DNA from: a virus
Lineage: Duplodnaviria > Caudoviricetes
Length of the DNA: 25,158 nucleotides
IMG/VR virus record: IMGVR_UViG_3300044454_000081
Span: 1 to 25,158 of that record
Strand: one strand, 5' to 3'
Below are positions 6,867 to 15,313 of this stretch, in pieces (positions within the stretch are counted from its first letter, which is position 1; each line of letters opens with the position of its first letter). A program made the translations under genes and the position numbers. Under the pieces are notes generated by a model. The model was not told where the DNA came from. It ran no database searches and saw only the letters and a list, made by a program, of their open reading frames with translations.

Positions 6867-7286
6867 TCACTTCCTCCAGAAATGAATCCACTGCCACAAC
6901 GGTTCCAGCTTGGACGCCAGCATTATTATTTCGTCTTTGAAGGCGACCCACACCGCTGCGATTGCGCCAAGCACGGCGGCAACCCCCTTCATCTGCGCGT
7001 ATATGAACTTTAGCACGCGCCCCACAGCTCTCGCAACGTTGCTCGCGAATATTCCAATACCTCCCAACACGCGCACGCCTGCTTGCATGGTCTCGACTGC
7101 TTCTATCATAGGCGCAGTTTGTTTTCGATGCTCCTCCAACTTGTCACGCAACTCGGTCGTTAGCCGTAAATTCATCGTGGACTCGTCGGACAATCGACGC
7201 ATGAGCGTGCGCCCTTCTGACAACTGCTCGTCCACGCTGCGACGCCACAGTTGATCGTTCAAATCGTTCTCACGTCGATCTTCCAA
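6867..7286 (-). CDS. coiled-coil protein with C-terminal membrane segment (lysis-cassette associated)
   Basis: TTG start with AAAGGA upstream; charged helical N-half and amphipathic/TM C-half; first gene of the lysis cassette. Confidence 0.7.
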   Translation of the reverse strand: MEDRRENDLNDQLWRRSVDEQLSEGRTLMRRLSDESTMNLRLTTELRDKLEEHRKQTAPMIEAVETMQAGVRVLGGIGIFASNVARAVGRVLKFIYAQMKGVAAVLGAIAAVWVAFKDEIIMLASKLEPLWQWIHFWRK

Positions 7287-7311
7287 TTTCCGACCCGTCC
7301 TTTCCGGTGTA

Positions 7312-8469
7312 TTAGTAACGCGACTCTCCCACGGTCTGCATGAACCCGAGTGAACATGCCGCTGCGGTTGATCCGTTGTTGACCCAAAGGCCCCACGTTA
7401 GAAAAGTTGTCGAGCTCGGAAGGTTACTGTTCAGCACGCCGGTTGCCTGCTTCAGACTGCCGCAATCCATGAACGTAAAGCTCACTGTTGAGCCGTTAGC
7501 AGCACATTGCAGTCGAAGCTCGTACACGTTGTCTCCCGCGCGTGCCGGAAAGTTAACCGCTGAAACGTCATCTGACACCAACAGCGTCTTGGTTGCAGTA
7601 CCGCTCGAGTCGTTGTAGATAATCGAAAGGTTCGCTTCGCCCGCCTTGGCGCCGACTCCTATGATGTCTGTCAGTGTGTCTGGCTCTACGTTGCCGATCG
7701 TGTTGTTCGGCATCAGACCGATGAAGCTACGCTGATTTGCTGGTGACGACAACGCACCGTTCTCGATGCAGAATCGAATGGATACGTTATAACCACCAAC
7801 GTTCGCCGCATTGCCGCTCGTCCAGAGCGCGCGGGCGTGGTAAATCTGCGCGCTCGATCCCGCACTGCTACCAGATACCGTTGCAAGGTATGGAGTAGAT
7901 GTTCGGAGGTTGGTCGAGGCAAGCGTACGACCTGTCGGAGAAGTGAAAGAGATGCTGTCAAAGCCGATGCCGTTGATCGTCCCACTGTTATTTCCTACTG
8001 CCGATGCAATGCGCTTTCGCGTCAGGAAAAAGTCACCACCGGCAGGCCCGGTGACTCCGGCTGCACCAGTGGCGCCGACGAGCCCGAAGCTAGGCAGGTA
8101 GCAGGATGAAGTGGCGATGTTGATGGCGCCCGCAGCGGCGACAATTTCATATAGCGCAATAGCGCCAGCAGCAAGCGGCCCCGGCCAGCCCGAAGGGATC
8201 GATGTCGTCGCCGTGACAACGCCTGCCGAGGTAGAGTAGACGTAGGTGGTGGTATTGTTGGTGGCTGTAAATTGTTGGTTGGCGATCGCCGTCGGCACGT
8301 TGGAAACCATTAGGTTCCCGCCGTATAGGTTGACTACCAGCCCGGCAATCGACCTGATACCGAACAGCGCCGCGCTCGAGAGTGCGCCGAACAGATTGTT
8401 TGCGGCTGTCGCCTTACCTGACTGCGACTCGCTGATTAGGTCAAGGTTTGTTACCGGATAGAGTGGCAT
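7312..8469 (-). CDS. tail fibre / receptor-binding protein 2
   Basis: N-terminus NLDLISESQSGKATAANNLF resembles the DUF2793-type fibre anchor of GTA-like tails; short Gly-X-Y repeat; beta-rich C-terminal domain. Confidence 0.75.
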   Translation of the reverse strand: MPLYPVTNLDLISESQSGKATAANNLFGALSSAALFGIRSIAGLVVNLYGGNLMVSNVPTAIANQQFTATNNTTTYVYSTSAGVVTATTSIPSGWPGPLAAGAIALYEIVAAAGAINIATSSCYLPSFGLVGATGAAGVTGPAGGDFFLTRKRIASAVGNNSGTINGIGFDSISFTSPTGRTLASTNLRTSTPYLATVSGSSAGSSAQIYHARALWTSGNAANVGGYNVSIRFCIENGALSSPANQRSFIGLMPNNTIGNVEPDTLTDIIGVGAKAGEANLSIIYNDSSGTATKTLLVSDDVSAVNFPARAGDNVYELRLQCAANGSTVSFTFMDCGSLKQATGVLNSNLPSSTTFLTWGLWVNNGSTAAACSLGFMQTVGESRY

Positions 8470-8473
8470 TTTT

Positions 8474-9730
8474 TCAAAACCTAGAGTTCAGTACCGCTTG
8501 CGCGGCGTTGATGATGCAGTTCGTTCCCGCCGACCCGTTGTTGATCCACACCATATAAGTCAGGAACAAGGTGGCAGCTGGCATATCAGATGTTACTGAC
8601 CACGTTGCCTTCTTCAGCGTCTCGCAATCCATGAACGAACAGTCGAAGCTGCTGCCGTTGGCGGCGCACTCGACAATGAGTTCGTACATCTTGTCTGTGG
8701 AGCGCGCCGGGAAGTTGACCGCGGATACGTCGTCGGAAACCAGAAGCACCTTTGTAGCCGTGCCGCTGCCGTCGTTATTGATGCGGGAAAAGTTGGCCTC
8801 TCCTCCGTTGGCTCCGACGCCGACGCAGTTGAGGAACGTATCGGGCTCGACATTTCCGGGCGTGCCCGAGTAATCATAGATACCGATGAATGATTTTTGC
8901 GTCGTTGATGTGAACGTCGTGTCCAGAATGAAGCGGATCCCAAACTTGAATCCGCCTAATCCCGCAGCATTACCACGCCACACTAACGCGGGTGATAGTG
9001 CGAATGCGCCGCTCGTATTCGCTACATTGGTGCTACTGACGAGCGTTCCGTATGGCGTCATGGCCGGGAACGGAGTAGACGCTACGGTACGCGACGAGCT
9101 ACTGGGCCACGTTGATGCCGCGAAGGTAGTCGAGTTGGTTGAGCCGTTACCTGTATACATCGTGATTCGTGGCCGCTGCGCGTAGACCTCGGCTCCAGCC
9201 GGTCCTTGCACTCCTTGCGGGCCGTTCGGCCCCCGGCTGAGGCGCGACAGCACATAGCATGTCCCGCTAGTAATCGCGTTGGCATTTGTAACGAGTTGGT
9301 ACAACGCGGTTGCACCAGACGTCGGCGCCGGCCACCCGGCAGGTGCAGCGGTTGCTTTCACAACCAACCCGTCATCACCACACGACAAATAGTTGGTGGC
9401 GCTTGGCGTGAGCACGACCTTCTGCAATCCAAGAATAATCACCACGCCGGTAGATGCTCGGAACACACCGCCGCGCAGCGCGACATTCAAGCCTTGCGTA
9501 TGCTCAGGCGCCAAGCTGAACAGCGCGGCGGCTCCCAGCGCCGAAACAAGCTGGTTGAACTTTGGCACATGCTGGATCGCTTGCAACGTATCCAGCGTTG
9601 CTGAGTGGACTCCGGGACTGCCGGGATTGTGAAGCGCACCGGTGGTTAACGCATTCTGAAAAATGCGGCTGGCGGGCGCAATGATTTGTTGCGTCGTCGG
9701 AGCAGTGCTAATTATTGTGGTTGTCGTCAT
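8474..9730 (-). CDS. tail fibre / receptor-binding protein 1 (paralog of 7312..8469)
   Basis: Follows the tip protein; GPNGPQGVQGPAG collagen-like linker; C-terminal domain clearly homologous to the next gene. Confidence 0.75.
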   Translation of the reverse strand: MTTTTIISTAPTTQQIIAPASRIFQNALTTGALHNPGSPGVHSATLDTLQAIQHVPKFNQLVSALGAAALFSLAPEHTQGLNVALRGGVFRASTGVVIILGLQKVVLTPSATNYLSCGDDGLVVKATAAPAGWPAPTSGATALYQLVTNANAITSGTCYVLSRLSRGPNGPQGVQGPAGAEVYAQRPRITMYTGNGSTNSTTFAASTWPSSSSRTVASTPFPAMTPYGTLVSSTNVANTSGAFALSPALVWRGNAAGLGGFKFGIRFILDTTFTSTTQKSFIGIYDYSGTPGNVEPDTFLNCVGVGANGGEANFSRINNDGSGTATKVLLVSDDVSAVNFPARSTDKMYELIVECAANGSSFDCSFMDCETLKKATWSVTSDMPAATLFLTYMVWINNGSAGTNCIINAAQAVLNSRF

Positions 9731-12700
9731 GCAGAACCCCGTGCTGCGTAGCCGGGGCCGTACGCACCGACTTGCTGCATCGTGAAGTAGATCGTGCTTT
9801 GCAGCGAGCCAAAATCAGTGGTCTGTCTTGCGGCTGTGTACGTATAGGAAGGCGTGCTGCTGAAGTCGTACCACTTCACACCTGTTGGAGTGAACGTGCT
9901 GTCGGCATAAATGGTCCAGACGTATTGCTCGCTGCCTTCTGACAGTGGTACATCCACATTGTCGAGCCACGATCCGCCGATGCGCGTGCGCCTTACGCCT
10001 GTCAACGTAACATCGCCCGCTCCGTTGCGTCCGCCGCCAAGGCTGACCGGCGCGTAGCATTTAGTCGCCACGCCGTTGTTGGTGAAGGCAAGCGCCGTCA
10101 CTCGACTGAGCGTTCCGCCCGTCGTTACCGCCTTGTAGAGCAACTCCATCCCAAGCTCGGCTCCGAGCGCCTGCACGTTATGGCATGGCAACGCTACGAA
10201 CACCTCATCGAATCCATGCAGGGGTATCGCCCAATCGGTGCCTCTCCTGCCGCGCAGGAATCCCGAGAGCGTATAGGTGTCTGTGTCAATCAGTGTTGCA
10301 ATGGTGTACTGCAACACCTCGGCAACAGAGCCGTCGCTGCTTATCACCACAGCCATGTTCGCGCCGTTAAGCACGCCAAGCTCGTTGCTACTTACCAATG
10401 GATCTGACCCCGGTGCAAGGCGGACGGTCAGACTGTTCATGGTGTCGAAAATGTTGCCGCCAGTGAAGTCGCCAAGAACGGTCGTGGCAGCACCCCATAC
10501 TGTCTCGTCAATGGTCGAGTAGTCGTCCGCGTAATTCGCCCCACCATCTACCGATTTGTAAAGCGTGCAGCCCGGCCAACTGGCGGCTGTGCGCCCCGCG
10601 AGCCTAGCGTAGATTCCGAGCGAGAAATCGCTATCGCTAATCAGCGGCAAATCCATCAATCCAAAATCAGTGGTATTGATGGATCCCGGCGGGGTCTGCG
10701 GTGTAAATCCCACAGGCACTGGAGCTACCGGCGCCAGTAAGAACACGTCGCTGCGTGTGGCAACACCCTCAAACTCTATCTCCCCCATTCCCACTTCGCG
10801 CTTTTGGGTGAGGCGGATCGTGTACTGGTTAATTGTTACGATATCCGTCGGCACCAAATGAGCCCACTTCACCGACACGTTAAACTTGAACCGCTCGCGC
10901 TCTATCCATGCGTTGTAGAGCGTGATATCAGCAACAGATTGCGCCTCTGTCGGATTCAAAACGATTGATGTTGCCGACAGGTCGGCCTTAATGTCAGTAG
11001 TGTAGAGGTCTGGACGCTGCTGGTGTGCCTCCCCATCCTGGTAATCCATCTCAACATTGCGGTAGGCGACCGACACTTGCCGCGGCAGGTCGAAGTCCTG
11101 AACGTGCGTAATCTCGAGCGGAGCAATCGGAGCGTTGCCCTTGGTGAAGCCGAGATCGGTAAACGGGATCGTCGCCACAGACGAACCGCCCCACTTCACG
11201 AACGTTGCCTTTAGATCCACCTCGGCCGCGCCAAACTGAAACACTTGCTGCAACGGCTCGATGATCGAGCGCGCAGGGGCGCGCAATGCCGTGAAGCCGC
11301 GTACCAGTGTGCTCGCCAACTGTGTTACGTCGTACTGCACCGCCTTGAACTTGGCGCGGGCCGAAACGCTGGCTACGATCTCTGCGAGTGTCACCTGCCC
11401 AGAGCCCAGATTGAGAATGCCGTCACGTACTGCGGCGTAACCGTTACCGATGCTGATAACAGGACTGGGCAAGCTGTCGACTCGGACTTCATCCACCCAT
11501 GTCGTTGTGCCGTCGTTGTTCAGCTTGTACATCCGGTAATTTGGATTGAACGCATCGTGTATGCCAGTGCTGTAACCGCCGATGATGTGGCCGCGGTAAA
11601 TCGCACACGATCCATAGCCCGGAGTCGGCAACGTGGCGCCGCTGCCGGTCCACCATGTTTTTATGACGTTGAGGTCTGCGTCGAGCTTAAACAGCCGAAT
11701 ACCATCGGTCACACCCGCGAAGTAGCCGACGAGCCAGTACAAATAACCGTCGTCAGCGATGAAAATGTCGCCAGGATCAGCATTGCAGTTCGAGGTCGGA
11801 TACCCAGTGCGCACTGCGTCCGCGTTGAACTCGTACCCAGTCTCTGGGTTATGCACCCGCACTGCACCATCTGGAGCGAGCCAACGCCGGATCTTCACGT
11901 CGCCGCCAACGTAAAACCCGCCCGCGTAAACGTATCCATTCCAGTAGACGGGAGATGTCTGAATTGGCTGCTGATCTTGCACCAACCATGTGTGCGCGAA
12001 GTCCTCGGTCGCCAACGGGCACATATACTCGGGCAGGTGCTCAAAGGTCACAGCACCGTCCTTCATCCAGCGGTAGGTATTGAAGTAGGTGTACTGACCT
12101 GCACCCCACGGTCGGCAATCGTAGGTGTACTGCCCGGTGACGTAGGCAATACCGGAGTTGAGACTGCCGAACACGAACGCGGCATCGAAGGGTGATGCGT
12201 ACTGAATCTGTGCATCGGGCGATCCAATCGGATTGCCTTTGATGTCGTAAACGCGGCGGTCGTAATAAACAACGGAGTTGTCCGGATTGTTGGCCGGGTT
12301 GCCGGGAATCGCGCCGTAATTGTCGCCGCTGCGGTAACGATGCAGAACTATACCATCCGCCGTGCTCTCCACCCCATTCAAAGAGTACGGATACGAATAC
12401 ACTGCTGAGTCGCTTGGGTAGTCGTAGTCGACCGGCCAGATGGCGTAATACTTGAGATCGATGGAACCACTGGCAACGTATTCGATTTCCCAGTTGGGCA
12501 TCGCGTTACCGAAGCCGCCCATCGGCATAGCCGTGAACACGATGCCGGAGTAGCCGCGGAAAGGCACTGACTTGCCGGTGCCGAGTTCTGCTTCCATCGT
12601 TGGGTCGGCAAGCTCGTCCTCGGTGCCGTAGTAGATCACCATCGGCAATGCCGTGGCGTCGCTGCCGGGACCGTAGATCAACCGACCGTTTGCCCAGATG

Positions 12701-13095
12701 CGCAGAATGTCAACGATCGGTTCGTTGACCAAATTGCCATCACCGTCGATGAAGCTCGTCTGACTAATCTTGAGAGCAAAGCTACAGGTGTACTCGACGG
12801 CCGTAGGCTTTGGCGAGCCCTTGCCGCTCGACTTCTTTTTGTGTGCCTTTAGCTTCGTTTTCCAGATTACCTGCGGCGCGGTGCGGATCGTACCCCACGC
12901 CATCGTGATCGGCGTGCCGTAGCTCGCGCCGGATACGCGCGTGTCGTTGAGCTTCGGCCCCTTTGCGCTCTTGCCGAACAGCATCCCGCCGACCATCGAG
13001 CCCGCAGCCCATCCGAGTTGGGCTCCAAGCGGGCCGAAGAACGAGCCGACAACCGCGCCGGCGATCCCCATGCCAAATTGGGCGGCGACAGCCAT
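9727..13095 (-). CDS. tail tip / central fibre protein (GTA g15-like, Phage-tail_3 domain)
   Basis: Gly-rich N-terminus, GPKLND...ASYG.PI..WG, DPTMEA.LG...P.FRG, DLPRQVSVAY, LSGFLRGRRGT and RRTRIGGSWLDNVDVPLSE motifs; synteny. Confidence 0.9.
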   Translation of the reverse strand: MAVAAQFGMGIAGAVVGSFFGPLGAQLGWAAGSMVGGMLFGKSAKGPKLNDTRVSGASYGTPITMAWGTIRTAPQVIWKTKLKAHKKKSSGKGSPKPTAVEYTCSFALKISQTSFIDGDGNLVNEPIVDILRIWANGRLIYGPGSDATALPMVIYYGTEDELADPTMEAELGTGKSVPFRGYSGIVFTAMPMGGFGNAMPNWEIEYVASGSIDLKYYAIWPVDYDYPSDSAVYSYPYSLNGVESTADGIVLHRYRSGDNYGAIPGNPANNPDNSVVYYDRRVYDIKGNPIGSPDAQIQYASPFDAAFVFGSLNSGIAYVTGQYTYDCRPWGAGQYTYFNTYRWMKDGAVTFEHLPEYMCPLATEDFAHTWLVQDQQPIQTSPVYWNGYVYAGGFYVGGDVKIRRWLAPDGAVRVHNPETGYEFNADAVRTGYPTSNCNADPGDIFIADDGYLYWLVGYFAGVTDGIRLFKLDADLNVIKTWWTGSGATLPTPGYGSCAIYRGHIIGGYSTGIHDAFNPNYRMYKLNNDGTTTWVDEVRVDSLPSPVISIGNGYAAVRDGILNLGSGQVTLAEIVASVSARAKFKAVQYDVTQLASTLVRGFTALRAPARSIIEPLQQVFQFGAAEVDLKATFVKWGGSSVATIPFTDLGFTKGNAPIAPLEITHVQDFDLPRQVSVAYRNVEMDYQDGEAHQQRPDLYTTDIKADLSATSIVLNPTEAQSVADITLYNAWIERERFKFNVSVKWAHLVPTDIVTINQYTIRLTQKREVGMGEIEFEGVATRSDVFLLAPVAPVPVGFTPQTPPGSINTTDFGLMDLPLISDSDFSLGIYARLAGRTAASWPGCTLYKSVDGGANYADDYSTIDETVWGAATTVLGDFTGGNIFDTMNSLTVRLAPGSDPLVSSNELGVLNGANMAVVISSDGSVAEVLQYTIATLIDTDTYTLSGFLRGRRGTDWAIPLHGFDEVFVALPCHNVQALGAELGMELLYKAVTTGGTLSRVTALAFTNNGVATKCYAPVSLGGGRNGAGDVTLTGVRRTRIGGSWLDNVDVPLSEGSEQYVWTIYADSTFTPTGVKWYDFSSTPSYTYTAARQTTDFGSLQSTIYFTMQQVGAYGPGYAARGSA

Positions 13096-13569
13096 CTATG
13101 CCAATCCTCGATACGAGAAGGTGCGTACTATGCGCTGCGCCCATACTGCATCTATACCGTGCTCAACTACACGGCGCGCGTAAGCCCAGCCGTGAATCAT
13201 GCGCTGCTGTCCCGTGTGTGGGTCGGGTCCAGTTAAGATGCCGAAGTGCATAGGGCGTGGTTTGTCGTAAGCCATCAACACAATGTCGCCGGGACGGTTC
13301 TCAATGCCGGGATCAAGGTATCGCTCGCAGGCCGCAATCAACATCTTGACGTTTGGTTCTGGGCCGTAGCCGCGCACTTCGTTGTCGGCGGCGAACGCAT
13401 ACGCCTCAGCCACACCCAGCGCCTTACCTACGCCTACGATCAGGCCGATGCAGTCGGTGCCCACGCGGCGCAACCCTTGTTGGTGCACCCAAGGCGTGCC
13501 CACCCACTGGCGAGCCTCTGCAACAACATCCGCTCGCGTAATTACATTAGGCAGTGTCGGATGTTCCAC
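13096..13569 (-). CDS. NlpC/P60 tail-associated peptidase (GTA g14-like)
   Basis: EARQWVGTPWVHQ..GTDCIGL..HFGI..MIH catalytic motifs. The start is uncertain: GTG 13569 was chosen, and the ORF is open to 13701. Confidence 0.9.
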   Translation of the reverse strand: MEHPTLPNVITRADVVAEARQWVGTPWVHQQGLRRVGTDCIGLIVGVGKALGVAEAYAFAADNEVRGYGPEPNVKMLIAACERYLDPGIENRPGDIVLMAYDKPRPMHFGILTGPDPHTGQQRMIHGWAYARRVVEHGIDAVWAQRIVRTFSYRGLA

Positions 13570-14662
13570 GTCCCACCTGAATGAGGTCGTCAAACCCGCC
13601 CATATGGGGCTCGCCGCGGAAGTTGAGCAGGTTGTTATAAGTGTCGCGGCAAGTCGCATAGGATCGATTGCAGCCCGCCACCATCGTGTACGTGTCGCCA
13701 ATCACAGCGAGCTTCGGGAACGGCACGAACATCGTCCACTGTCCCGGCGCGTAGGTTTTCACCGGGCGCGAGATGCCGTTGTTAAGGCCCGATGTAAATG
13801 TCATCACACCGCCGTCGAAGTATCCGGTTGCGCTGCCGAGCGGCAGCACATACCCGCCGCTGCTGTAGGCCGGATAACTCGTCGTGTCGACGGACAGCTG
13901 AAATGTTGCTCCAGAAGGGTTGTTGGCGACGGTCGTCTTGTTGAGCAGCACTCCGAGCGCGCCTGCGATACCGTACAACGTCACGATTTGCGCTGGTGAT
14001 AAGTTGAGGCTCGCGTTCGCCATCGTAACCACACCGGGATTCGCGTTCGATACGTTGGTGATCGCGACACCGGTGCCTGCGCCTGGCTCGGTGCGCGCGG
14101 TATCGTAAAACGTCATATTGTCAGCCCCGACTCCGGTCAGCGTGCTGGTCACAGTGAGCGGTCCGAGTGGCTTCTTGCAACGGGCGTCGCCAAAGTTCTC
14201 CACACGACAACCAGGTGAGGTGAGTTCGCCGATGGTTGCCTTGTAACGCTCCATCAAGCCTCGAATCTGTGCGGTAAACGCATACAGGCCAAGGCTAATG
14301 TCCCCAAGCCAGCCGTACCGCTCATACATCTTGCCCATCGTTAGATCGGCATAGTTGACGGTGAAGATCGTCACGGTTGCGTGGTCCCACAACCCGCTAA
14401 GGATGTCGTCGTCGGTAGGAAACGGAGTCGCCTGCGGCCCCTTTAACTCGAGGTTGTCAGTGTTCAGCGCGTCGCTGGTAACGATGTCAGAGATAACGTA
14501 ACCGTAAGTCGAGGTGTACGTCAGGCTGTCGATGATTAACGGAAGGCGGTGGTTGGTAAAGCCGAGCGTCGTCCCGTTTAGCAACTCCACCTTGACGCAG
14601 GTCGCTCGAGTTGTAACCGAAAGAGCGTGGTGCGCTTTGAGCGCAGCGCTAACGTTCTTCAC
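13547..14662 (-). CDS. baseplate hub protein DUF2163/BR0599 family (GTA g13-like)
   Basis: GFTNH..L, C...FGD.RC and GCNR...TC...NN..NFRGEPH motifs, including the conserved Fe-S-binding Cys set. Confidence 0.92.
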   Translation of the reverse strand: MKNVSAALKAHHALSVTTRATCVKVELLNGTTLGFTNHRLPLIIDSLTYTSTYGYVISDIVTSDALNTDNLELKGPQATPFPTDDDILSGLWDHATVTIFTVNYADLTMGKMYERYGWLGDISLGLYAFTAQIRGLMERYKATIGELTSPGCRVENFGDARCKKPLGPLTVTSTLTGVGADNMTFYDTARTEPGAGTGVAITNVSNANPGVVTMANASLNLSPAQIVTLYGIAGALGVLLNKTTVANNPSGATFQLSVDTTSYPAYSSGGYVLPLGSATGYFDGGVMTFTSGLNNGISRPVKTYAPGQWTMFVPFPKLAVIGDTYTMVAGCNRSYATCRDTYNNLLNFRGEPHMGGFDDLIQVGRGTSDTA

Positions 14663-15312
14663 AGATTTACCAGTTCAATTAGCTTCAGTCCATGCCACTC
14701 ATAGAGCGCGCCGGTCGAGTCGAGTCCCATTTCCATGTTGTCGCTTTGGAAGCGCACAGGGATGTCGTACTGCCCCGTCCATGTGAGTGTGTGCCCAACT
14801 GTAGGCTGGCTGGTGAAGGTTACGATGCCCGTTGTCGAGTCGAGAGTGTAGTCGGTCGTCAGCGTCTTCAATACACCGTTGACGTACACCGCGATGGTAG
14901 CAGCTACGGGCTTCAGTATGATGCCGAGCGCTGACAGCGGCGACATCGAATAGCCCTTGTACATTTGGTAAGAGGTGGTTGCTGCGACACCAAGCCCGGT
15001 CAGCCCAAGGATGCCGCTGCTCTCGTCCTTGTAATCTTGAAAATCTTTGAGCCGGAACCCGTATGCTGCACCGTGAGCTACCATGAAGTAGTTACGCAGC
15101 GTCTTCTGGTTATAGTTGTTCGACTGCCAATCCGGTGTGCGCAGACAGGCGGATACGTCCCACGCGCCGTTACCACCGTACGCCATGTCAACGTTGCGCG
15201 ACTCCTGCCCGGTAAACGCGCGCACGATTGTCGTCTGGAAGCCGCGACCGCCAACAGCCCAGATAGCGAGGTCGTCCGGGAAGCGCGGTGTCTCGAGGAA
15301 TGGTGCAGGCAT
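14659..15312 (-). CDS. distal tail protein DUF2460 family (GTA g12-like)
   Basis: FLETPRFP, GG..F.T.I, G.ESRN, GFRLKD..DY, TTGIVTF and DIPVRF motifs. Confidence 0.93.
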   Translation of the reverse strand: MPAPFLETPRFPDDLAIWAVGGRGFQTTIVRAFTGQESRNVDMAYGGNGAWDVSACLRTPDWQSNNYNQKTLRNYFMVAHGAAYGFRLKDFQDYKDESSGILGLTGLGVAATTSYQMYKGYSMSPLSALGIILKPVAATIAVYVNGVLKTLTTDYTLDSTTGIVTFTSQPTVGHTLTWTGQYDIPVRFQSDNMEMGLDSTGALYEWHGLKLIELVNL

Positions 15313-15313
15313 G

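Noticed and set aside
7312-9730. Possible diversity-generating retroelement TR/VR pair or invertible fibre cassette
   Set aside because: Differences between the paralogs are mostly synonymous and not adenine-specific. No reverse transcriptase, invertase or inverted crossover sites were seen.
11245-12195. 316-aa plus-strand ORF
   Set aside because: Antisense shadow of the tail tip gene; no recognisable motifs.
13093-13098. In-frame TAG-ATG junction suggesting stop-codon reassignment
   Set aside because: Genes are full length under the standard code, and other TAG/TGA stops are followed by out-of-frame starts. NlpC/P60 and the tip protein are normally separate.
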